Source: Eledone cirrhosa (lineage: Eukaryota). From it: a stretch of DNA of 64,000 nt. The translations under genes and the position numbers were made by a program. Positions 49,934 to 58,559 of this stretch are shown one piece after another. Position 1 is the stretch's first letter. Each line of letters begins with the position of its first letter. Location of the stretch: contig OZ024741.1 in the NCBI GenBank assembly GCA_964016885.1, positions 56,172,001 through 56,236,000 of the forward strand, written 5' to 3'. The notes under the pieces were generated by a model that had not been told where the DNA came from, did not search any database, and was given only the letters and a program-made list of their open reading frames with translations.

Positions 49934-52900
49934 ATAGATTGGGAGTTACCAGTTTAGACTAGTAAGACCATGTTCAGCTAAGTACTTAATACTTGGGAAA
50001 GTAGAGTCTATGTATTGTAAATAGTTAGTGCCCGACAGCTGAACTCACACCGTCAGGTACTAACTATATATATATATGTGTGTGTAACAGATTGTTTCGT
50101 GCAATTATCTATGATGGCAGAAGGATATTCCATGTGGGTGAGGTGGTCTGAAGAGTGTATAACTATGGCATAGATGTATGAAATAACTTGTATCTATCTT
50201 GCATCATAGTTGTTGGCTGTAAGCAAGGTGTGATTTGAAGAGGGTATGGTTGATATTTCTAGCATGTTGAGGGACCACATAAGGGTCTATAAACTAGTTA
50301 AACTTCCTCCACCACTTTCATACTCTACTTTAGATCCTGCTAAAGACAGACAATGGTCAGGTGGTGGTGTTAAACCAAAGTATTACGTATACTGTCCATG
50401 TAGGGCATGGCAGGATTTGAACTAAAAATGTAAAGAGCTGGAACAAATAATGCAAGGTATCATTGCTTTGAATTTTACTGCATTTATCGACTCCAGAAAG
50501 ATAAAAAGTAAAGCTGGTCTCAGAACTCAAAGAGCTGGAATAAATGCTGCAAGGTATATTGTTTGACTCACTGACACATCAGACAATTTGCTAACTAAAC
50601 CTAAGTGTTAATACAGGCCTTCAAATGGGCTTCTGTAAAATCTCCATCTCTTCAATTTCCTACAGTATTGTTCAGTATAAATATATGGTAGAAATCACAT
50701 GCCTAAGGTGCCGTGTAGTGGGAATTGAACCCAGAACCACATGATAACAAAATTAACTTCTTAACCACACAACCAAACCCAGCTATCAATCATCATCATC
50801 GTTTTTACATCAACTTTTCCATGCTGGCATGGGTTGGACAGACTTTATGAGACATTGGTTTACAGTTGGAAACCTTCTGTGATATCAGTCCTTTTAGTCT
50901 AACCTTACAACAGGCAGGGATACAGTGTACCTATTCTAAACTAGATACACAGCTAATAATGATATTATCAATTGATAAACTCCACTCCATCATGCACAAC
51001 CCCTGATAAACAGCCTCACCTGTGCAAGAGCATCTTTCATAAGAGTCCAATTAGGAATCCTCCAAGCACTCTCCAATACCAAATGTGGGTTGGTATTTCC
51101 CTTTGAACTTGAGAAATCTTGTATTGCATCCCATTGGTTCAGCTCCTTGGCACAGCGGATCCAGTGATCTTCCCACAAGCGATACTCTGGTAGTACTGCA
51201 GGGGAAGCAGGAGTAGTATTATGTTCAGCACGAGCCTTCGACATCACCTAAACAACAGAAGACAACAGATTAACATTAAGTTAATAATTCATATCATCAT
51301 CATCATTATCATTATTATCATTGTTTTTACATTGACTTTTCCATGATGGTATGGGTTGACAGGACATTTTGAGACAATATTTTACAGTTGGATGCCCTTT
51401 CTCACATTAACCCTTGTACTCACTTCTTATGTCATATATACATATATACAACTAAAGGGTTTTGGGATAGTTTCTATAGTAGGGTGCCTTTATCATAGCA
51501 CCAACACTAGAGAAGTTGTTGTCATTGATTCAACTGAAAAGCCCTCACTACTCTTTATATGGGAGTTGAGAGTATGTCATGGGCAGGTGTCAAGTGTAGA
51601 AGGATTTGACAACGTGATGGGTTGAGAGTGGAAGAGGAGGGATGACTTCTAACAGTGTGGGAGATACTGTAAAGATAACAGCTTTTAAGGAGTTATGACT
51701 GGTGTGTCAGGATTTTGAAGGGATAGGATCTAGAGTAGAATGGAAGGATGAGTGGTGATCCTGGATAGTGTATGGGTTAGGATTTAGGAGGGGTGGAGGT
51801 GGACAGTGATGCTGAGAATAGCTACTACTGGGATGTGGGAGTTTAGTGATAATGAGGGTGTGTATGTTGACGGGTCAGGTCAGATGTATGTTTCAGCCTG
51901 TGCTAATAGGAAGGCAGGTCTTCTGTATTACTGCATAACACCAGAGATCTCGATCCTGTGTCATCATCTTTGATAGGTGTAATTGTGTAAGGTCAGCTTT
52001 TATCACTTCATCCCAAGTCTCCCTGGGTCTCTCCATTCCAAGTCTTCCATCAGCTTTGAACGCTCTGCTCCTTTTTATACGGCTGTCATTTTTCATACGC
52101 ATCACATTGCATCTGATCCCTCTTATGCCTAGTTTCTCTCTCAGTTCATTTATGCTTTGCCGTTCATGTATTTACTATTACACATCCATCAAAGCATGCA
52201 AATTTAATTTTTCCAATTTTTGCAGGTCCTCTGCACACAGCACCGAGGCCTCATTACTAAGCAACATTGCTGGTTGTATACACGCATCTTACAATCTGTC
52301 CATTTTGAGGGAAGCAGTGGTAGTACCTCCCTGAACTTTTTCCATCCCGTTCTCACTCTGGCTACTGTATTTTCAGAACACCCACCTCCATTGCTATTTA
52401 TACATATCATCATTATTAGTTTTACATCAGTTTTCTACCATTCCTGTGTCTATAAAATATAATTGTTTTTTAAACAGAAAAGTAAAGAAGAAAGAAAACT
52501 TACAGATTCATAAACAAGCTGGGCTTGTTCAAAAAATCCATGTTGCTCGTAAGCAATGGCTACAGCTGTGTCAGGATATTTGCATCGTTTCTGCCACAAT
52601 CCTGTCCACATGTCGTCCTCGTGTAGCAGAGAATAGAGATCACACAGCGCATCTAATGTCTCCTGAAATCAAAGATAAACCCAATATTTTATGGCAAGAA
52701 TTAACAGCATAAAAAAAACCCTCTCGCACACAGTAAAATAGCTTAACCCCACCACCACCACCACCACCATCATCTCAAACCATGAATGGTAAACCTAATA
52801 GGTCAGCTAGTCAGATCATTGGATACCTTTATTTTCTTTTCTAAGGTTTAGTCAGAAGAGGCAAACCAGCAGAGTTGTCAGAGCACCAGATAGAATGACT

Positions 52901-55900
52901 TGAGGTATTTATTCCAGTTGTCTGCACCGAGTTCAAATCTCACTGAAGTTAACTTTGCCTTTAATTATAGAAAAACTGACATGCTACTGAAACTATCTTA
53001 GGAGAGACTGGTGTACTGTACAGAACGAAACGGAAATTAACATCATCATCGTTTAACATCTACTTTCTCATGCTTCCATGGGTTAGATGGGTTGCCGTCA
53101 TGAGACAAGTCTGGCCAGCTGGTCATGCCGTACCTTGCTCAGACAGAACTATATTTTGGCTGGTATTTTTACAGCCGGATGCCCTTCCTAACACCAACAT
53201 TTATCTTATTTAATACAATTTGAAACGAAGTTGTGAAGAATGACATCAAGAAACTGATCCTCACAAAAGAAGATAACACATAACCAAGCTGACTAGAGAC
53301 ATACCATTATACAAACGACTTATCCACCAGCACAAGCACTGCAATAATAAAAGTAAATGTGGCTACAGTGTTTGGCAATTAAATCAAGACAATATAGGGT
53401 TTGAGAAGACTCATGTCTGGCTAAGCATATGACAACCACTTTAGTGCTGATGCCATCCAAACAATGCCTGTGTGGAAAGTGAATGTAAAATGGTGAAGAT
53501 GATGAATGATAATAACTTGGTCTTTGGGTATCTTGAGCAGAATTCACTGTTGCAAACATCCAGCTTCTTTTGCAATTGTTCAATCTCACTGGTCAAGAAA
53601 AAGGGTCTATATACATCAAGGGCACTTCCCCTCTTCCCCTGACTAAAAATGCTGCTGCTGTTTTTTGGTGCTCAGAGTTTTCTTAATTTGGACTGTTGTA
53701 AGGTAGCTCAGAATGATAATAATGATGATGATGGTGTTGTTTAACTCCAATCCAACCATGATAAAACAAATCCTATGTTTAAAGGTGTTCCAGCTGTGAC
53801 CTTATGCTTTTTCAGGGGTATTTAGGAATATATGATCAAATATATCCTCTTTTCAGGACAATAATGTGATTTGAGGGAATTTTGGCAGCTATTTTTAGCA
53901 GGTTGAGTGATAATGATGGTGGTGGTGGTGACGACAACAAAAAGCTTTGATTTGTGGTGCTTCCCAACAAGCAGCCAAATACAGTTAAATAAAGAGAAGA
54001 CAAGTTTACCTGGTGGGGATTCGTGACAGTCTCAAATTCATATTCACTAGCTGGCCGATTCTTCAGAACAGCTGTCGTTGTTGGACCATTTTCCGATGCC
54101 ATTTGTTCCAACACAAGACAAGCTCGGTGCCAGAGGTTATGGGTTCGGCCCATATACTTCAGAAATGAAATGGAAAAATAAAACAAGAGAAAAATAATAA
54201 ATAAACATATAAATAAAACAACACGGTTCACTTTGAAGAGTGTGGGAATGTATGTAAGCAAGATGTAGCCCACAGCCCACCTGGGGTGGGGGGTGGGGTC
54301 AGTAGTTTCAAGTACACACTTGATCTGTGATGACCCCTCCAACTCTTGCTTGCAGGGAAAACATTAAATGATGATGATGATGAATATGAAAGCAAAAGAG
54401 AAAAGAAAGACAGGAAACATGAAATGATACATAGTATAGTTTAATATTAGACATACCAACTTTAAGTAAATACAACCCCCACCTCTTTTACACAAACAAT
54501 TAGATTGTTGAGAATCATTTTCTAGGCAGTGATTCAGTTGGCATAGGAGAAAACTATAGGAAGTAGGGATGGACAGTGGTTAGACTTGGTGAAACAGGTT
54601 TTGGAGGGGGTTAATATACTTTATATGTATAAACTTTTAAATATGTTGCAAATATTATCTACTGCTGTTGTTGTTTAACCCTTTAGCATTTTAACAAGCC
54701 ATATCTGGCCAGAATTCTCTCACCTCTTTCTATTCAAACCAGTCGTAACTAGCCACTCATACTGATGTTATGGTATTCTTCTCAAAATAAATATCAAAAT
54801 CTCGTAAATTTGATATGTGAAACAAAGCCTTTACCGTGAAAATACAATAGTATATATATATATAGTAATGTAAAAGCTAAACGGTTAACTTTTTCATTAC
54901 CATAATTCTAATGAAATACACTATTTATGATTTGCAAATAATTTTCAAAACAATCAAGAATTTGTAGAGATTTAGTATTATAAGTGTCAATATTAAGCTA
55001 ATGTTTGAAACAATCAAACAAAAGTTCTTACACAAAATTATGAAAGGTCTTTAGATAAACGGAAATGGTTGTTAACAATTTGCCTGAAACTGCCCTGAAT
55101 ATAAAACTGTTCATTCTAAAAAGTTTATCCTTATATTAAACCTTCAGTCATAATTCTATTTTAGAAATTTTTGTTATGTTCTAAATATCAGCTTAATAAC
55201 AAAAAAGATATTTTATTAAATTCCTTCATATGTTTGGTTATTTTAAAAATTAATTGAAACATAGGATGTGTATTTCATTAGAAATACAGTAATGAAAAGG
55301 TTGAAGCAAACAACTTTGTTTTGTAGATCCAAGGTTGGTATTAGGCAGTTTGGTATGTATTAGCATTTCTCTCCCTCCCTTCTGTAGGTTCTCTGTAGGT
55401 CTTTGTAGAAGTTACAGGATGATGATGTAAAACATACAACATTACAATGATATGAATGCTATGGTAGTTACAAATATGTGGCACCATTGATACACAGAAA
55501 CAAATGTATGTTTAAAAGATACAAACACATATACAGTTATATAGGCAGACAGACTGACACACACAGACATTCAAACAAAAAGTTACCAATAACACACACA
55601 CAGAGGAAACATGGTAATTTGTCTTCAGTTAAAATACTATGCATACAAAGAAAGTAAATGGTGTACTTACCCTCAACACCACAGGGCGAATAGGAATCGG
55701 AGGCGAACACAAAGACAGAGATTCTAGGAAGGTGTGCATTGCACTGGGTTGGCAATCTTTCTGGACAACATGGCTTCCACTGGCTGAGAATGGAGCAAGT
55801 TCACCTGCCAATACCTGGGTAACAAGAGACAAGGTCAGAGATTAAAGCAGCCTAATGGTATTATAGACAAACAACAGGTACAGATACACCTCTATACCTA

Positions 55901-58540
55901 CATGACGCAGGGATATACTAACACACCTAATGTACCAGTAACCCCTCTCGCAAACACTCACCTCTAGGAGTGAGAGAAAAGGGGGATATACTTCTACACA
56001 TCCATTACAAGTGACATGACGAAGTTCCTCCTCCAGCTCACTATATCCAGCATTGGTGTCATCTTCATAGATATCCCTCTGTGTGATGTTTGGTCTCCCA
56101 ACTCATCTGCATTCATCTAGTTGTCAGAGAACAACTCAATATTATCCCATCTGATGGTGCAATGGCATAGCACAATGCATAATCAAGGCAGATTATAAAT
56201 AGAGATGGAACCAAATGATTTCCCTAGAAGACTCTGGTATCAATAGAGAATAAGTCTGTTTCCTTCGGGTGTCATTACAAGTGCTGAAGGTTTCTCAGAC
56301 ATGACTTCTATTGCATTCACAACCTGGTGAAGTATCCCATATGCAAGAAGAATTTTGAACATCTCATTTTGGTTGATTGAATCAAAAGCCTTCTTGAAAT
56401 TTATGAATACAATTGCCATTTGATTCTTGTGATTCAATAATTCTTCTTTGTCTTAGTGCCAAGATGTGTGAGATATTAGACACAGTTAAGTGAAATCTGT
56501 TTTGGCTGGAGCATAGAAATACACCAACTCTTCTATACACATTGTACATAAATTATAAACATAAGAATAACAGATAAAAATATCCATCCTTCACAGTGAG
56601 TTGTCTGTAGCCATGCTGAGGCAATGCCATAAATAAAATTAAAAGATCAGATGTGCAAATGTGTGTCATGGAGAAGAAGAAAGCGCTTTATACATACCTG
56701 CTGTTGTTTTTCTGATAAAATCTTCCATATACGAGGGAAGAGGTCCATCCAGATTGAATGAGCCAGAGATGTTGAGTTGTGACACAGTTGGGACAGAGCA
56801 TTCAGGAACGTTGTTGTCTGAAAATATAAGATGTTTGTAAGTGTGTTTATATAGCAAAATCGCCATCATAATTTAACGTTCATTTTTCCTGCTAGCAAGA
56901 ACTGGACAAGTTGCAACAGACCAATACTTACAGTTACAGACATGTCAGGGCCACATCTCACTTACACAGATTCCCACATTCTACAGAGTGAACTGGGTGC
57001 ATTTTATCGTGGCACCAGCACCAAGGAATGTTATTATGTCTTTGACTTTGATACAACTGAAGAGACTTCTCAACTCCTTGTTTTGGCAAGTTTTCTATGG
57101 CTGGATGGCCTTCCTATCATCACAGAGTGTACTGAGTGTGTTTTAACATGTTTTTTACTGCTGGCTACTATTCCTAACACTAACAACTTTTCAGGGTGTA
57201 TTTGGTGCGTTTTATCGTGGCACCAGTACCAGGGAGATTGTTGGTGTGTATGTATACGTGTGTGCCTGTGCATGCGTTATTACGGTGATACTACATGCAC
57301 AACAGATACCATTTATCATATATACTTAATCCATGTGGTACAATATACAAGGATCAAAGGAACAATTGTCATTCAAAAAAATCAAGTAAGAATTGGCAGC
57401 AGGAAGAGTATACAGCCATAGAATGCTACTTCAAAAAGTCATGGAAAAGTAGGATTACCCCTTCTGATACCAACCAGCCCAAAATCCACCTCTAGTTCTA
57501 TGAAACAAACCCACCAATTTTAAAGTGTTCCGATTTGAATTAAAACCTTAAAAAATTTTTACTAATTAATAATGAAATAATTAATAATTTTAGTAAATCC
57601 TTCCAATATTCTTCACTAACTAATTTGATTACAGTGTATTACATTAAAAATATGATGACGAAATGGTTAAAAAAGATGATGATGATACAAGTGCAAGGGT
57701 GGAGATAGAAGTTGGAGGGAAAAAGAAAAGGAGAAAATAACAAAAGAATCTTACTTTGACTTCCCTCAGTTGCTCTAGAAACAAGGACTGACGTTGCAGA
57801 AGTGCTGGAAGGTTCTGTTTCATTTCTTGATTGTCTCGTCTTTGGTGATCTCTTGGAATGGATTCTTCACTTGGTACAGAATTCAGGGCCATGTCTATCT
57901 CCTCCTGTAATGAATCAGACATAGAGGAAGAAGTTAGAGTACAATGGTGTATATGAGTGAGAGAGAAAGAAAGGTATAAATATAATATGATTACGTGTGT
58001 GTATACAAAAAAAATGCCAATATCCTAATTCTGCATTGCATATGTACATATGCTGTATGTATATAAAAAGGTTGTATCATCATCATCATTTTACGTCCAC
58101 TTTTCCCTGCTTGCAAGAGTGGGACGGGAACTGATTCTGGCTTGATTTCTACAGCTGGATGCCCTTCCTAACACCAACCTCATTTACAGTGAGTGCCGTG
58201 ACACCTCCACGACCACTTTGCAATGGAATGATAAGAACCCCAGTCCCTATCATTATTTATGCATACTATTCACAATAAATTAAACACTTTATGTAGAAAG
58301 AGTACAGACTAAGATGGTAGTGATGGAGCTGAGATGTAGAGAAAAACCTTTATTTACCTCATCCCTGTTGCCATCAACAACATCCATATCAACAGCTTCT
58401 TCTTTCATCTTGAGGATTGTAGAGAAGGCTGCTCGTTCCTGGCTGTCAGCCATGTTGATCACAGAACATATTGACGGCAGAAGACTCATAGGAGATAAAC
58501 TTTGAATTGGTTGATTAGGGACAGCTACAGCCAAAAGCAG
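11581..58540 (-). CDS. TRRAP: TRRAP, 3' 30 coding exons (FAT, PI3K-like pseudokinase, FATC); 5' part outside window
   Basis: Hand-spliced GT-AG exons with matching phases give 4389 nt / 1462 aa, colinear with human TRRAP as recalled (EYRLWEDHWIRC, GPIRATASMWRCSKIMHMQRE, RRLYIRGHNGKIYPYLV, DANRPVPFRLTPNI, LCRMDPAWHPWL*). Confidence 0.97.
11839..12048 (+). mobile_element. TTAA-flanked MITE (piggyBac/Kolobok-type), family 1
   Basis: TTAA on both sides, TIR CCTTTAGC; homologous to 20123-20327 and 54679-54884. Confidence 0.8.
12375..12575 (-). mobile_element. ~200-bp non-autonomous element sharing the RTE 3' end
   Basis: Near-identical to 29681-29881 and 58077-58252; shares ctacagctggatgcccttcctaacaccaacctc with the RTE-B 3'UTR. 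Confidence 0.75.
13200..13305 (-). CDS. TRRAP: TRRAP exon 29 (KQEETNP...LISLVNKAVSAITTRLN)
   Basis: cag/GTAAGT, 106 nt, phase 0/1. Confidence 0.93.
13475..14355 (+). mobile_element. Tandem cluster of 4 tRNA-derived SINE copies
   Basis: A-box TGGCAGTATCGG, B-box GAGTTCAAATCC, core tttgcctttcatccttacggggtcgataaaataaagtaccagt, (ATT)n tails. Confidence 0.85.
14561..17749 (+). mobile_element. RTE-clade LINE, subfamily A, 5'-truncated and frameshifted (partial APE endonuclease, RT, PHD-like finger, 3'UTR, (GAT)n tail)
   Basis: ORFs 14570-17369 with SAYAPQ, SQIDYIL, NYRGIKL, FVDLEKTFDRV, YADD, FRYLG, GRPRKTW; ends gttaaacgatgatgatgat. Confidence 0.93.
18305..18501 (-). CDS. TRRAP: TRRAP exon 28 (GELDANRPVPFRLTPNI...TWHKK)
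   Basis: cag/GTAAAT, 197 nt, phase 1/0. Confidence 0.96.
19073..19214 (-). CDS. TRRAP: TRRAP exon 27 (ITIQLALMAFAEFILHLTRMNPDM...NIAYFKFDLDDQS)
   Basis: cag/GTAAGT, 142 nt, phase 0/1; degenerate catalytic and DFG loops typical of the TRRAP pseudokinase. Confidence 0.95.
20123..20327 (-). mobile_element. TTAA-flanked MITE, family 1
   Basis: Reverse-complement homolog of 11839-12048; TTAA flanks. Confidence 0.75.
20693..20908 (-). CDS. TRRAP: TRRAP exon 26 (RCLKRGIEHDAPIARYY...DYWTFRKT)
   Basis: tag/GTGAGT, 216 nt. Confidence 0.95.
21183..21268. repeat. 86-bp imperfect palindrome next to (TA)n
   Basis: tagaagtagaaacacaacagtt...aacaa|ttgtt...aactgttgtgtttctacttcta. Confidence 0.85.
22823..22939 (-). 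CDS. TRRAP: TRRAP exon 25 (ETSRRLLYFTIPRVV...DIFKQ)
   Basis: cag/GTATCT, 117 nt. Confidence 0.95.
24364..24471 (-). CDS. TRRAP: TRRAP exon 24 (IYPYLVIND...REERVLQLLR...KQK)
   Basis: cag/GTGAGG, 108 nt. Confidence 0.95.
24641..24797. repeat. ~75-bp-arm inverted repeat containing hammerhead-ribozyme-like cores (Penelope-type end)
   Basis: + strand CTGATGA-tCCTGTgataaACAGGc-GAAA-CTCTAGAG-TA at 24724-24761 followed by AATAAA; mirrored on the minus strand. Confidence 0.7.
25139..25246 (-). CDS. TRRAP: TRRAP exon 23 (SGHYYVRIARFMPRV...IRGHNGK)
   Basis: cag/GTAAGT, 108 nt. Confidence 0.95.
25520..25625. repeat. 27-bp minisatellite, about 3.5 copies
   Basis: tatcagctgtc(t/a)gttcatctgttaatc repeated. 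Confidence 0.85.
25862..25955 (-). CDS. TRRAP: TRRAP exon 22 (SFLIEEKCRFLSNFS...LLPK)
   Basis: cag/GTAAGG, 94 nt, phase 2/0. Confidence 0.95.
26363..27259 (-). mobile_element. CR1-clade LINE 3' fragment
   Basis: 241-aa ORF (WQLKL, ERDLGI, PHLEFASSVWNP, TRGH, RVAEAWNKLP); (ATT)n tail. Confidence 0.9.
27488..27577 (-). CDS. TRRAP: TRRAP exon 21 (VPGSTKLHNLI...TLPK)
   Basis: tag/GTAAGT, 90 nt, phase 2/2. Confidence 0.94.
27760..28020. repeat. Compound minisatellite caggcaactactga-(ca)n
   Basis: About 8 imperfect units. Confidence 0.8.
28119..28326 (-). CDS. TRRAP: TRRAP exon 20 (AETTITPHTLNFVKKLVSTFG...TDFDF)
   Basis: cag/GTCAGT, 208 nt, phase 1/2. Confidence 0.95.
28571..28760 (+). mobile_element. 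tRNA-derived SINE
   Basis: Full head-core-tail like the 13475 cluster. Confidence 0.85.
29448..29547 (-). CDS. TRRAP: TRRAP exon 19 (MVWFRENWYEEVLRQL...NRGA)
   Basis: tag/GTAAGT, 100 nt, phase 0/1. Confidence 0.95.
29681..29881 (-). mobile_element. ~200-bp RTE-tail non-autonomous element
   Basis: Same sequence and same 5' end (ctcatttctacagc on +) as 12375-12575. Confidence 0.75.
30154..30407 (-). CDS. TRRAP: TRRAP exon 18 (DFISSSGQQQ...Q/A-rich...GPIRATASMWRC...EGIVDQ)
   Basis: tag/GTAAGG, 254 nt, phase 1/0. Confidence 0.92.
30446..30870 (-). mobile_element. Two tandem tRNA-derived SINEs
   Basis: Reverse complement of the core occurs twice (actttattttatcgaccccgtaaggatgaaaggcaaagttaacc). 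Confidence 0.85.
31476..31658 (-). CDS. TRRAP: TRRAP exon 17, S/T/P-rich low-complexity insert (YKTNEAATA...SPNTPRTPATPDS)
   Basis: Long pyrimidine tract plus cag, GTAAGA donor, 183 nt, phase 1/1, no stop; continues RER-YK as in vertebrate TRRAP. Confidence 0.8.
32772..32920 (-). CDS. TRRAP: TRRAP exon 16 (IPQLLTCLV...YPQAVYFPIRTLYLTLKIEQRER)
   Basis: cag/GTAAGT, 149 nt, phase 2/1. Confidence 0.95.
33036..33438 (+). mobile_element. Decayed RTE RT fragment
   Basis: Matches the SEEFSVQVGV..QGSVLSP..KTGCxWE..PHD segment of the other copies. Confidence 0.8.
33440..34773 (-). mobile_element. Decayed piggyBac (PGBD4-like) transposase remnant
   Basis: SIDEAMIAFTG, KHGKKVW, FQVYTG, HHMYCDNYF and ACGTV motifs with stops and frameshifts; acidic N-terminal stretch; candidate TTAA end at 34770-34773. 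Confidence 0.8.
34951..35139 (-). CDS. TRRAP: TRRAP exon 15 (QIQQGVYAITCYLHACRHQNES...QWLPW)
   Basis: tag/GTAAGT, 189 nt, phase 2/2. Confidence 0.95.
35376..35462. repeat. 42-bp-arm hairpin with 3-nt loop
   Basis: atgcagaaatatatggtgaagaaagcaagacatttaataaca ttt followed by its reverse complement, one mismatch. Confidence 0.9.
35473..39630 (-). mobile_element. RTE-clade LINE, subfamily A, near full-length with multiple frameshifts, inserted in (TA)n
   Basis: ORF pieces 39060-35862 (NVGTLKG, CIQETRW, YADD, PHD-like); (ATC)n at 35473; TA runs at both ends; reverse complement closely matches 14561-17749. 5' boundary approximate. Confidence 0.92.
39890..40216. repeat. GAT/GGT triplet low-complexity array
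   Basis: Repeated gatggtagtggtggcattgatggtgatgatgat units. Confidence 0.85.
40237..40460 (-). CDS. TRRAP: TRRAP exon 14 (LCSQGLDIIEITNLKYF...FTRDK)
   Basis: Nearest in-phase AG is cag at 40461-40463; GTAAGT donor; 224 nt, phase 0/2. Confidence 0.88.
40490..40720 (-). mobile_element. tRNA-derived SINE
   Basis: Same core and B-box in reverse; decayed copies also near 770, 19800, 23170 and 46370. Confidence 0.8.
41591..41702 (-). CDS. TRRAP: TRRAP exon 13 (IHTIPTVPIVDCFQKIRQQIKCYLQ...ELQE)
   Basis: cag/GTATGT, 112 nt, phase 2/0. Confidence 0.94.
41805..42640 (+). mobile_element. CR1-clade LINE 3' fragment, inverted relative to 26363-27259
   Basis: 226-aa ORF nearly identical to the minus copy; same 3'UTR and (ATT)n tail. 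Confidence 0.9.
43637..43752 (-). CDS. TRRAP: TRRAP exon 12 (QHNNHSMLGVH...DSLNR)
   Basis: cag/GTGTGT, 116 nt, phase 0/2. Confidence 0.92.
44563..44677 (-). CDS. TRRAP: TRRAP exon 11 (NRLPMISDNMSHW...QQE)
   Basis: cag/GTAAAT, 115 nt, phase 2/0. Confidence 0.94.
44983..45101 (-). CDS. TRRAP: TRRAP exon 10 (AAQQIMELQEAAQIN...VKTWR)
   Basis: tag/GTAAGT, 119 nt, phase 0/2. Confidence 0.94.
45899..45994 (-). CDS. TRRAP: TRRAP exon 9 (IEKMVEVAS...EWRRLP...PLLQ)
   Basis: cag/GTAAGT, 96 nt. Confidence 0.94.
46188..46292 (-). CDS. TRRAP: TRRAP exon 8 (VEINCPKELAWKMNLYKGY...FMNT)
   Basis: tag/GTAAGT, 105 nt. Confidence 0.93.
46502..47007 (+). mobile_element. Internally deleted Tc1/mariner-superfamily DNA transposon
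   Basis: ~28-bp TIRs CAGGGTGG..GAAAGAAACT.CCTATT, TA target duplication, FMQDGAPPHF and WPVRNPDL remnants, C-terminal NNGAYVE. Confidence 0.88.
47166..49900 (-). mobile_element. RTE-clade LINE, subfamily B, 5'-truncated, inserted in a (TA)n microsatellite
   Basis: RT ORF pieces 49560-47518 (QFGFVPGRGTTDA, YADD); (TA)n immediately on both sides. Confidence 0.93.
51020..51247 (-). CDS. TRRAP: TRRAP exon 7 (VMSKARAEH...KDALAQ)
   Basis: tag/GTGAGG, 228 nt. Confidence 0.95.
51294..52398 (-). mobile_element. Older RTE 3' fragment (C-terminal ORF, 3'UTR, (GAT)n tail)
   Basis: GGCSENTVARVRTGWKKFRE and ERPRETWDEVIKADL fragments. Confidence 0.8.
52504..52662 (-). CDS. TRRAP: TRRAP exon 6 (ETLDALCDLYSLLHEDDMW...AQLVYES)
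   Basis: cag/GTAAGT, 159 nt; FAT region. Confidence 0.94.
54010..54156 (-). CDS. TRRAP: TRRAP exon 5 (YMGRTHNLW...NPHQ)
   Basis: aag acceptor after pyrimidine tract, GTAAAC donor, 147 nt. Confidence 0.9.
54679..54884 (+). mobile_element. TTAA-flanked MITE, family 1
   Basis: ttaaCCCTTTAGCATT...GCTAAACGGttaa. Confidence 0.8.
54889..55300. mobile_element. TTAA MITE, family 2, abutting the family 1 copy
   Basis: Imperfect TIRs cttttTCATTACcata / tacaGTAATGAaaagg. Confidence 0.55.
55671..55814 (-). CDS. TRRAP: TRRAP exon 4 (VLAGELAPF...PIPIRPVVLR)
   Basis: cag/GTAAGT, 144 nt. Confidence 0.93.
56000..56530 (-). mobile_element. Highly decayed LINE RT fragment of another RTE-like family
   Basis: IVFINFKKAFDSIN...ILLAYGI. 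Confidence 0.6.
56698..56817 (-). CDS. TRRAP: TRRAP exon 3 (TTTFLNALSQLCH...LFPRIWKILSEKQQQ)
   Basis: cag/GTATGT, 120 nt; read in a different frame from the ORF-track entry 56666..56869. Confidence 0.92.
57755..57904 (-). CDS. TRRAP: TRRAP exon 2 (EEIDMAL...EQLREVK)
   Basis: cag/GTAAGA, 150 nt, phase 0/0. Confidence 0.9.
58077..58252 (-). mobile_element. RTE-tail non-autonomous element, slightly shorter
   Basis: Homologous to 12375-12575. Confidence 0.7.
58358..58540 (-). CDS. TRRAP: TRRAP exon 1 of window (LLLAVAVP...DGNRDE)
   Basis: tgtag acceptor, GTAAAT donor, 183 nt, phase 0/0; SICSVINMADSQERAAF motif. Confidence 0.88.
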
Positions 58541-58559
58541 CTACAATAGATACATTAAT

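Noticed and set aside
56666-56869. ORF-track peptide ...DNNVPECSVPTVSQ...
   Set aside because: Wrong frame; the TRRAP exon lies in another frame of the same DNA.
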